Shown piece after piece: positions 55,908 to 64,000 of a DNA stretch of 64,000 nt. The notes beneath the pieces were generated by a model that was not told where the DNA came from, searched no databases, and worked only from the letters and a program-made list of their open reading frames with translations. The stretch comes from an uncultured Candidatus Binatia bacterium (GTDB taxonomy: Bacteria > Desulfobacterota > Binatia > UBA9968 > CAXXLF01). Position 1 is the first letter of the stretch; every line of letters starts with the position of its first letter. Where the stretch lies: assembly GCA_965218425.1 (NCBI GenBank), contig OZ244621.1, forward strand, positions 1,088,001 to 1,152,000, written 5' to 3'. The translations under genes and the position numbers were made by a program.

Positions 55908-56129
55908 CTAGGGAAAACCCAGACGTTCGAAATGACCTAGAATTTTCTCCAATCCCTGGCGAACCTCACTTCGTTCCCGTTCATACTGGCGAAGCTGTCC
56001 CTTTAGGTTATGGGATTCCGTTTCTTTTTGCTGTAACCGCTTCTCCGCCTCCTTCTTCTCTTTCTTGACCCTCTCGTGCGTCTCCAGGAGCTGTTCAATC
56101 TTTGCTTCTAGCTGTTCAAGATTTTCCAC
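55908..56129 (-). CDS. zapB: ZapB-like coiled-coil protein
   Basis: LEQLEAKIEQLL coiled coil upstream of zapA. Confidence 0.7.
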   Translation of the reverse strand: MENLEQLEAKIEQLLETHERVKKEKKEAEKRLQQKETESHNLKGQLRQYERERSEVRQGLEKILGHFERLGFP

Positions 56130-56165
56130 TTCCGGGGACCCATACCCGTAAAAACTTAATACTTT

Positions 56166-56194
56166 AGTTTAGTTTTGGCTAATTCCATTGTCAA
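56166..56194 (-). promoter_or_regulatory. sigma70 promoter upstream of zapB
   Basis: TTGACA-17 bp-TAAACT. Confidence 0.6.
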
Positions 56195-56233
56195 GGGTTC
56201 CAAGATCGACAGAAAAGGCCAAGATGCTAGGAA

Positions 56234-57166
56234 CTACGCAAACAGAGCCTCGGCAAAACGGTGTGCATCGAAGGGTTGCAAATCCTCCGATGTCTCTCCA
56301 ACTCCGATATACTCCACTGGTAAATTGAGTTCCTCCTGGATTCCGATGACAACGCCTCCCTTGGCCGTTCCGTCCAATTTGGTAAGCACAATGCCTGTGA
56401 CTTGCAGTGACTCCTTAAAAACCTTTGCTTGTTGCAAAGCGTTCTGACCTGTCGTGGCGTCTAGAACCAGGAGAGTCTCGTGGGGGGAACCGGAAAGTTC
56501 TCTGTCCAGAACCCGGCGTATTTTCTTGAGCTCCTCGAGCAACGGCATTTGAGTATGAAGCCGACCCGCCGTGTCTATGAGGACTACGTCAAATTGGTTT
56601 TTTTGGGCCGAACGGACGGCATCAAAAACCACCCCCGACGGATCCTGTCCCGGTTGATGCTTGATCACCTGGGCGCCCACCCGGCTTCCCCAAACCTCCA
56701 ACTGTTCAATGGCACCCGCGCGGAAGGTATCCGCCGCCACCAAGAGTACCCTTTTTTTATCCCTCCGGTGCTGCTCAGCAAGCTTGCCGATTGTGGTGGT
56801 TTTTCCCACCCCGTTGACCCCAACGAACAGGATTACCCAGGGTTTAACTGAATACCGATGTGGCGCTTTCACCTCATGGGAGACATCAGTCAGGATTCGG
56901 GCAATTTCATTTTGCAAGCAAAGGGAAATCCCGTCCGGCTTGCGCCATTCAACGGATGATTGCCTCCCCACCGTCTCCAGCAGCCTCTGGGTCGCCTTCA
57001 TGCCTACATCGGCTGAAATCAGTATCTCCTCTAAACCCTCCATCACATCCTCACGATCTGAACGTCCTTGAAAAAGGGCCTCCAGTTTCTGCCCCCAACC
57101 TTTGCGGGTGCGTGCAAGGCCCTGCCTCAAGCGCTGGAAAAATCCCGAACTCTGCGTACCTTTCAT
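56234..57166 (-). CDS. ftsY: SRP receptor FtsY
   Basis: GVNGVGKTTT, DTAGR and TKLDGTAKGG motifs. Confidence 0.96.
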   Translation of the reverse strand: MKGTQSSGFFQRLRQGLARTRKGWGQKLEALFQGRSDREDVMEGLEEILISADVGMKATQRLLETVGRQSSVEWRKPDGISLCLQNEIARILTDVSHEVKAPHRYSVKPWVILFVGVNGVGKTTTIGKLAEQHRRDKKRVLLVAADTFRAGAIEQLEVWGSRVGAQVIKHQPGQDPSGVVFDAVRSAQKNQFDVVLIDTAGRLHTQMPLLEELKKIRRVLDRELSGSPHETLLVLDATTGQNALQQAKVFKESLQVTGIVLTKLDGTAKGGVVIGIQEELNLPVEYIGVGETSEDLQPFDAHRFAEALFA

Positions 57167-57254
57167 AATCCATTAATCAATGGGATTGACGTTGACCGTT
57201 CTTTACCGGTCTCCAGTTCATTGGAAGGTTGAGCGGCGGCGCACAAGTAACCTA

Positions 57255-60200
57255 TCAGTTCATCCTGACAGAAACCACCTTAGAAACCCCCGGATCTGCC
57301 ATGGTGATTCCGTACAAGACGTCGGCCGCCTGCATGGACCTTTTATTGTGGGTGATCATGACGAATTGAGAGGTCTCGCTCACCTCTTTCACCATATCGA
57401 GAAATCGCTCCACATTGGCATCGTCCAGCGATGCGTCCACCTCATCAAGGAAGCAAAAGGGACTGGGCTTGGTCAGAAAGATACTGAAAAGGAGGCTTAT
57501 GGCCGTAAGGGCTTTCTCCCCTCCCGAGAGTAATGTAACGGACTGCAGCTTTTTTCCCGGGGGTTGAGCAATAATGTCCACACCGGTTCTCAAATAATCG
57601 TTTTCGTCGGTCAATACCAGCCGTGCCTTCCCTCCTCGGAATAGGCGCGTAAACATCACCTGGAATCTCTGGTTAATCTCGTCAAAGCTTTCTTTGAACC
57701 GAAGGCGACAGAAACGATTGAGCTTTGCGATGGTCCGTTGGAGGTCCGCCACCGACGTTTCCAGATCCTCTTTTTGGTGACTCAAAAATTCGAACCTGGT
57801 GTTGAGGTCTTCAAATTCACCAATGGCGGCGAGATTCACCTCACCCATGCGCTCGATCCTGCCCCTGAGTTCCTCGATTTCATCCGGCAAGCGATCCGGG
57901 AAGTTTTCATCATCTGGCCCACCGGTTGGAATGGGCACTTGGGAAAGATCCGAAGCGTATTTCTCCTGCAGGTTGTCTACGAGATGTTGCAGGCTCAAAC
58001 GCTTCTCTGACAAGACCAGTTGGACCTGGTTTTTCTCATCTTGCGATTCCTGAACCAAACCACGGAGCTCCTTAATGGACTCCTCCATCTCGGCCAACCG
58101 GCGCGAAAGATCTCTGTAGGTCTCACGCTGCCGTTCCAATTTCTCCTCAACGCTCTCAAGGGCAGCCTGACCCTCCTTGCGTGATCCTTCAGCCAACTGG
58201 ATCTGCTCATCGATCCTGACCCTTTTTTCCTTCATCTCGGCCAGCTGCGATTCCACGTTCCCCACCCGCTGATTCAGCTCGTCCCGTAGTGCGATGCGGT
58301 TTTCCAAATTAAGCCTGGTGTTTTCCTTTTTCTCGCCCAGAGTAGCCGTCCGGACCCGCGACTCCATGACTTCGGACTCAATGAGCCTCAAACCCTCACT
58401 CGTGCGCGAGAGGGACTCTTCTTTTCCCTCCAGTTCCCGTTCTCTGTCCGTTCGCTCCTGGCGTTGGCGCTGGATCTTTACCTCGCACTCCGACATACTC
58501 TCATTCAAGCGCTCCTTGCTTGAGGACAAATTCTCGCTCTCGTGCACAAGCCCCTTCAGGGCCTCTTCCAAACGGGCCACCTCTCGGTTCGCCTGCAAAA
58601 GCTCATGCTCCGACTGGACCCGCTCGATCTCAAGGCGGTGATTGTCCTCAATGAGTTCAGACTTTCTTGTCTCGGCAAGTTCGATCCGTCGCCCGATGGC
58701 TTCCACGTCGTTCTCTTTTTCCTTGAGCTGGGTCTCGAGGCTACCCAGCTGAGTCTCCAATTCTCTCATGCGTCGCTTTTGAAAGAGGAAATTTCCCTGG
58801 AGATTGCCCAAGCTACCACCCGTAATGACTCCCATGGGGTCGATGACTTCTCCCTCTGGAGTCACCAGGGTACTAACGAAACCGTTTCTGCCCCAGAGGC
58901 TCAGACCCGCCTTCAAGTCCCTCACCACCATCACATCCCCCAACAGATACTCAGCGACCTCCCGAAAACCGTCCTTGACAGAAATGAGTCCCAGGAGAGG
59001 AGAGACAACTTCGGGCTCGGTTAAAGGAACGGACTTCGCCCCCTTGGCGGTCAGCCGCCGCGGGATGAAGCTTCCCCGTCCGGCCGATTCACGTTTGAGG
59101 TAGTCGATGGCCTTCAGACCATCCTGGTGGCTCTGTACAATGATGTATTGCAATCGGTCTCCCAAGACAGCCGTCAGAGCCTTCTCAACGGTTTCGGGTG
59201 CCTCAATTACGTCCGCCACCAGACCATGGACACCCTCGAACCCCTCTTCCCGCTGCTGCTTGAACATGATGGCGCGGACCCCTTCTTGACACCCCTCATA
59301 GTTTTTCTGTAGGGCCTCCAACGAGGCCAGCTTCGACCGGGCCTCCTGTGTTTGTTCCTTTAGGTTTTCAAACTCCCTTTCGTATCCTGCCTTAACCCCC
59401 TTCCCCTCCTTGAGCTTTTCCGTCGCTTCTGCCAGCTCCGCCTCGATGCGTTTCGCCCTGCTGTCAAAACCTTCTAAGACCGCCCCCCTGTACACTTGCT
59501 TTTGCGTCCAGGACTCAAGAGACAACCGGACGTCGGCCTGCTCGTTTTGGACCCTCGACAGTTCCGCGTCACTTTCGTCGCGCTGCCTCTCAAGAACCAG
59601 CATCTCATTTTTCAGTTGAGACTCTAGGTTCATGGCCTCCAGGAGCAGACTCTTTTCTTGTTCCAACTCTAACCGGGCCCTGTCGACTTCGGCCGTGATT
59701 CTTTCCAACTCTTCCTCTTTTGCTCTAAGTTGATAACCTTCAAAGAGAGAAAGCTGAATGAACTCCTCGCCGGCTTTTTTGAGACCTTCGATTTCGGCGG
59801 ATAGCTTTTGCAGCTTGTCTTGCATATCCTGGATCTCAACCCGGGCCCTTTCACTGGCGTTCACCAGATCGGATTGGTCCCTCTTGAAAAACTCCGTCTT
59901 CTGTTCTTCAGAGTTAATTAGTACCTTACTCTGGTACGCGCTTTCCTGAAGCGAACTGATCTCCCTTTCTCCATCCAACAGCATCCTCTTGGCCTCTTCG
60001 CCTTCCGCCTCTTTAGACCTGAGGGAGACAAGCAATTGCACGGAGCGATCTTCCATGGCACTTAGCTTCTCTTCATGACCGGAGATCTCCTCATTCAAGC
60101 CCTTTCGCCGCAGGGCCCCCCAAGCCAGTTCCTTCTCCTTGAGTGTTTTCTTTAAAGCCTTGTAACGTTCCGCCTTTTTCGCCTGCAGTTCCACGCTACG

Positions 60201-60815
60201 GATCTGGCGTTCAATCTCCCGAACGATATCGTTTAGCCTGAGCAGGTTGTGGTGCGTACGCTCCAGTTTTCGCTCCGCACCCTCTTTCCGGCTGATGTAT
60301 TTACTGGTTCCTGCCGCTTCTTCAATCAGCGCCCTGCACTCTTCGGGCTTGGCATTGATCATCTCCTCCACACGTCCCTGCTCCATAATGGAATAGGCCT
60401 TGTTTCCCACTCCTGTGCCGAGGAAGAGCTCGATAATATCCTTGAGACGGCAGTGAATCTTGTTTATGGAGTATTCCGATTCACCGGAACGGAAAAGCTT
60501 GCGAGTAATCACGATCTCACTAAAGGTGTTGTACTGCGCTGGACCCCGCCCATCCTCATTGTCAAAAACCAAAGAAACCTCGGTCATACCGGTTGCCGGG
60601 TGAGTTTCATTTCCGTTAAAGATCACGTCTTCCATCAGATGACCACGCAGGTGGCGCGCGCTCTGCTCCCCCATGACCCAACGTAGGGCATCAACAATGT
60701 TGGATTTACCGCAGCCATTGGGGCCTACGATGGCGGAGACGGACGAAGGGAACTCAAAGACGGTCCGGTTGATGAAGGACTTAAAACCTATTAATTCCAG
60801 GCGACTGAGACGCAT
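57255..60815 (-). CDS. smc: Chromosome segregation protein SMC
   Basis: GPNGCGKSN, hinge domain, LSGGE and LDEVD motifs. Confidence 0.97.
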   Translation of the reverse strand: MRLSRLELIGFKSFINRTVFEFPSSVSAIVGPNGCGKSNIVDALRWVMGEQSARHLRGHLMEDVIFNGNETHPATGMTEVSLVFDNEDGRGPAQYNTFSEIVITRKLFRSGESEYSINKIHCRLKDIIELFLGTGVGNKAYSIMEQGRVEEMINAKPEECRALIEEAAGTSKYISRKEGAERKLERTHHNLLRLNDIVREIERQIRSVELQAKKAERYKALKKTLKEKELAWGALRRKGLNEEISGHEEKLSAMEDRSVQLLVSLRSKEAEGEEAKRMLLDGEREISSLQESAYQSKVLINSEEQKTEFFKRDQSDLVNASERARVEIQDMQDKLQKLSAEIEGLKKAGEEFIQLSLFEGYQLRAKEEELERITAEVDRARLELEQEKSLLLEAMNLESQLKNEMLVLERQRDESDAELSRVQNEQADVRLSLESWTQKQVYRGAVLEGFDSRAKRIEAELAEATEKLKEGKGVKAGYEREFENLKEQTQEARSKLASLEALQKNYEGCQEGVRAIMFKQQREEGFEGVHGLVADVIEAPETVEKALTAVLGDRLQYIIVQSHQDGLKAIDYLKRESAGRGSFIPRRLTAKGAKSVPLTEPEVVSPLLGLISVKDGFREVAEYLLGDVMVVRDLKAGLSLWGRNGFVSTLVTPEGEVIDPMGVITGGSLGNLQGNFLFQKRRMRELETQLGSLETQLKEKENDVEAIGRRIELAETRKSELIEDNHRLEIERVQSEHELLQANREVARLEEALKGLVHESENLSSSKERLNESMSECEVKIQRQRQERTDRERELEGKEESLSRTSEGLRLIESEVMESRVRTATLGEKKENTRLNLENRIALRDELNQRVGNVESQLAEMKEKRVRIDEQIQLAEGSRKEGQAALESVEEKLERQRETYRDLSRRLAEMEESIKELRGLVQESQDEKNQVQLVLSEKRLSLQHLVDNLQEKYASDLSQVPIPTGGPDDENFPDRLPDEIEELRGRIERMGEVNLAAIGEFEDLNTRFEFLSHQKEDLETSVADLQRTIAKLNRFCRLRFKESFDEINQRFQVMFTRLFRGGKARLVLTDENDYLRTGVDIIAQPPGKKLQSVTLLSGGEKALTAISLLFSIFLTKPSPFCFLDEVDASLDDANVERFLDMVKEVSETSQFVMITHNKRSMQAADVLYGITMADPGVSKVVSVRMN

Positions 60816-60909
60816 GGGACAATGTGTGCGGCGTTGAAAAAACCTTAATTAAGATAGGGAAAAACTTAATAAGACTATTTCACAAGCCAATAGGGGTGTC
60901 AAGAAATAA

Positions 60910-60956
60910 TTACAATATACAGGGCACGCCCAAGCATGGACCACAATATATTGAAC
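60910..60956. promoter_or_regulatory. Tandem NrdR-like boxes next to the smc promoter
   Basis: TTACAATATACAGGGC (60910-25) and CCACAATATATTGAAC (60941-56), starts 31 bp apart; minus-strand TTGACA at 60897-60902. Confidence 0.6.
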
Positions 60957-60970
60957 TTTAACAGGTAAAA

Positions 60971-61603
60971 CTACTTTTCAATTAGCTCGACGTTCCAATA
61001 GGAAGCATCGATCATGGTGACAAAGGGGAGCCATTCTCGATAACGAGCCAGGCTAAAGGTTTGCTGCATAAAAGGGGTCCATTTTGGTTTGTAGGGCTTG
61101 CGCAATAGAGATATCTTAGCCTCCTGGGGGGTACGACCGCCTTTTCGTCGATTACAAGTCTGGCAGGAACAGACCACGTTCTCCCACGTGGAGGTCCCCC
61201 CCTTGGAGCGGGGAATCACATGGTCGAGGTTGAGATCATGGCGGGGAAATTTTCGTCCGCAGTACTGGCACGTGTTATTGTCCCTGGCGTAGATGTTAAA
61301 TCGGCTAAACCGCACCTGGCGCTTCGGCACTCGATCATAGCCCACGAGGAGAATGACCCTCGGCACCTTTATCACCCGATTCACCAATCCGACATACTCG
61401 TCGTTTACAGAAACAGAGAGGTCACTCCAGCTTTCAAAATCGAAGGTTTGGTATTGCTCGTTTACCACCTGGGCCAAACCTTGATATAGAAGGGAGAATG
61501 CCCGGCGCACGGAGGTAACGTGAATCGGTAGATAAGACCGATTTAGCATTAAAACCTTAGTATTGAATACGGTGCTGCCCTCTGCCGGAGAGATGTAACT
61601 CAA
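60971..61603 (-). CDS. HNH endonuclease (McrA-like)
   Basis: RD..TCQYCG, LDHVIPRSKGG and C..CN.RKG motifs; probable TTG start. Confidence 0.88.
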   Translation of the reverse strand: MSYISPAEGSTVFNTKVLMLNRSYLPIHVTSVRRAFSLLYQGLAQVVNEQYQTFDFESWSDLSVSVNDEYVGLVNRVIKVPRVILLVGYDRVPKRQVRFSRFNIYARDNNTCQYCGRKFPRHDLNLDHVIPRSKGGTSTWENVVCSCQTCNRRKGGRTPQEAKISLLRKPYKPKWTPFMQQTFSLARYREWLPFVTMIDASYWNVELIEK

Positions 61604-61835
61604 TTGAGTTTCCTTTCTGGAATGGACACGTCGGCGGCAAATTTCCCAGTCATCTAATTTCAAAATATCGAGTAGCATGATGGTTGTCAACAAGGAGCCT
61701 GGCGCAAAGTCTTGATATTGCCGGCATTTTAGACTAATTTATAATTTGCTGCCGAGTCCCATTCCGCTGCTGACTGATAAATGACCCCACTGTCTTCCCA
61801 TCCTCTCTCAAGCCGAATCGAAACATTCGTTTACA

Positions 61836-63347
61836 ATGAATAATCTCTATATCAATTCCATGCCACAGGAGACCCGAATCGCGATCGTGGAAGACGGCAA
61901 CTTGGCCGAATTCATGATCGAAAGGAAACGCGACAGGGACATCGTCGGGGACATCTATAAAGGCAAGGTTGCGCGTGTGCTACCAGGGATACAGGCAGCC
62001 TTTGTGAACATCGGCTTGGAAAAGGCAGCCTTTCTCCACGCGTCTGACCTATCCACTGGTCCAGGTGACGTTTCCACCCTTCTGGGGGAAAGCGATGATG
62101 AAATTCTCTTTGAGCAAGCCAACCGTTCACCCCACCGACGAGTTCCCATCGAACGGCAGCTTTCCGCGGGACAAGAGATCGTGGTCCAGGTGGCTAAAGA
62201 ACCCCTGGGGGTTAAGGGGGCCCGCGTTACCTGCAATATCTCACTACCCGGAAGGCACCTGGTATTCATGCCAAACGTTAGCCATTTAGGGGTTTCCCAC
62301 AGGATTGAAGACGAAAAGGAACGAAAACGACTCAAGGAGATAATCCAATCGCTCCTCGGGAAAAACAAAGGCGGATTCATATTAAGGACCGCCTGTGAAG
62401 GGAGGAGCAAAAGAGAGATACGCAGTGATTTCCAGTTTCTGACCAAACTGTGGCAGCGAATTCAAAATAAGGCTAAATCCGCGGCAACCCCTTCTCTCAT
62501 TCACCAGGACCTGGACGTTGTCTCCCGTACGATCCGCGATTTTGTAACCGGGGAAACCCAACAGGTCATGGTGGATCAAACCAAGGATTGCCGCCGCATT
62601 CTCGAATTCGTTGGGCACTTCATGCCCCGGCTCAAGTCCAGGATCAAGCTCTATAGCGAGTCCGAACCCATCATGAACCATTTTGGCATTGAAGAAAAAA
62701 TTCAGAGGGCCCTGGAAGCCAAGGTCTGGCTCAACTCAGGGGGACATCTCGTCATCGAGCGTACCGAGGCCTTGTACGCCATCGATGTCAACACCGGCCG
62801 GTACGTGGGGAAGAAAAACCAGGAAGAGACGATCCTGAAGACTAACATGGAAGCTGCCCGAGAGATCGTGCGTCAGCTGAGGCTACGAAACATCGGCGGC
62901 ATCATCATTATCGACTTCATAGACATGGAGAAGGCTGCCAATCGCAAAAAAGTGTATGAGGCTCTCAAAGACGCAGTGAAGAAAGATAAGGCGAGAATCA
63001 ACATCTTACAAATCTCCGAACTGGGTCTCGTGGAGATGACCAGGCAACGGAGCCGGGAAAGCCTAAGCAACCAGCTCTTAGACGAATGTCCTTATTGTGA
63101 AGGACGAGGACGCATCAAATCCAATGCCACCTTGGCCTACGAAATCCTTCGAGAGGTAAAGAAACAGATGCCACAGCTGGAGGACGAAAAAAGGATCACC
63201 GTAAGGGCCCACCCGGAAATCGCGAACTATTTATATGATGATGCGAGACCCAGCCTGGAATCGCTGGAACGGGAAATAAACCACAAGGTCATCATCAAAG
63301 CCAGCCAGGAACTCCATCAGGACAAATACGAAATCTCCATCAACTAA
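61836..63347 (+). CDS. rng: Ribonuclease E/G family (RNase G-like)
   Basis: S1 domain, IDVNTG, IIIIDFIDM, EMTRQR and CPYC motifs. Confidence 0.93.
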   Translation: MNNLYINSMPQETRIAIVEDGNLAEFMIERKRDRDIVGDIYKGKVARVLPGIQAAFVNIGLEKAAFLHASDLSTGPGDVSTLLGESDDEILFEQANRSPHRRVPIERQLSAGQEIVVQVAKEPLGVKGARVTCNISLPGRHLVFMPNVSHLGVSHRIEDEKERKRLKEIIQSLLGKNKGGFILRTACEGRSKREIRSDFQFLTKLWQRIQNKAKSAATPSLIHQDLDVVSRTIRDFVTGETQQVMVDQTKDCRRILEFVGHFMPRLKSRIKLYSESEPIMNHFGIEEKIQRALEAKVWLNSGGHLVIERTEALYAIDVNTGRYVGKKNQEETILKTNMEAAREIVRQLRLRNIGGIIIIDFIDMEKAANRKKVYEALKDAVKKDKARINILQISELGLVEMTRQRSRESLSNQLLDECPYCEGRGRIKSNATLAYEILREVKKQMPQLEDEKRITVRAHPEIANYLYDDARPSLESLEREINHKVIIKASQELHQDKYEISIN

Positions 63348-63628
63348 CCCCACAAAAATCAGTACTGAGTGCTGAGTAAGAAACGCAAAAAGACAATAGA
63401 CTACGGACAATGGACTACAGACTCCCGGTCATCAATCCTCGGATCTGGTTCAAAAGTCGGTAGTCAGTGGTCCCGAATCCCAAGAACGCTTTGCGTCTAG
63501 CGCCATGCGCATTGCCGCAACCAATCTGCCTTACTCTGCGGGAAATGAAGCGTCCCTTCGGGGTATTGATTAATGTCGTGAAGCGCCATAAGATGGCGCA
63601 AAATTAACACTGGAGGAGATAGCTTACT

Positions 63629-64000
63629 ATGGCATTACCAGCTGGACAGGTCGATTCATATAACTATGACACCTTCACCCGTTCGGAAGGCGCCGGCAAA
63701 TCGGCCGATTTTAAGGTACGGCTTCGCGCTGGCGACGACGCGCCAGACTTTGAGCTTGCCACACTCCAGGGAGAAAGAGTCAGCCTCTCCCAATTCCGTG
63801 GCAAAAAGCATGTGCTCTTGGAATTCGGCAGTATCACATGACCACCGTTTGTGGGCGAGGTCTCGCCCCTCAACCAACTCTACAAGCACTACCGCGCGAA
63901 GGATTTCGAGTTCTTTACGGTCTATGTACGCGAACCCCATCCGGGTGAAAACTATGGACCACACACGAGCTGGGAGCAAAAGCTCCAGTATGCCCGTGAT
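63629..64000 (+). CDS. Iodothyronine-deiodinase-like thioredoxin-fold selenoprotein (partial; Sec at TGA 63839-63841)
   Basis: GDDAPDFEL...VLLEFGSIT-TGA-PPFVGEV...FFTVYVREPHPGE, open to the window edge; SECIS downstream. Confidence 0.88.
63853..63868 (+). other. Bacterial SECIS element
   Basis: GGGCG-AGGTCT-CGCCC hairpin after an 11-nt spacer following the TGA. Confidence 0.85.

Noticed and set aside
60971..61603. HNH gene as a mobile homing endonuclease or defence system
   Set aside because: Stand-alone McrA-like gene among core genes, with no intron, methylase or insertion boundaries.

Overview
Bacterial chromosome window of about 55% GC (estimated by eye). The gene order smc-ftsY-zapB-zapA-6S-ygfA-rny-ymdB-tyrS-rrn suggests a deltaproteobacterial-type lineage, and the many solute-binding proteins, amidohydrolases and cupins resemble Candidatus Binatia (inference only). 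The left ~45 kb is an accessory/metabolic region: an intact IS3-family element with a 3-bp target duplication, transporters, oxidoreductases, two VapBC loci, an ATP-grasp/M20 peptidase pair, at least five decayed loci and many short intergenic repeats. The right ~19 kb holds a full rRNA operon (16S-Ile-Ala-23S-5S, minus strand) and intact housekeeping genes. Best hidden signals: (1) an iodothyronine-deiodinase-like selenoprotein at the right edge, with an in-frame UGA in FGSIT-U-PPF and an fdhF-type SECIS hairpin 11 nt downstream; (2) a solitary type I-E CRISPR repeat fused into the 3' end of a secreted-protein ORF, with no array or cas genes; (3) tandem NrdR-like boxes upstream of smc; (4) a PGM1-like ATP-grasp ligase overlapping an M20 peptidase; (5) a structured spacer between 6S RNA and ygfA, and a MITE/REP-like insert in the 23S-5S spacer. 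All family calls come from motif recognition; no searches were run.
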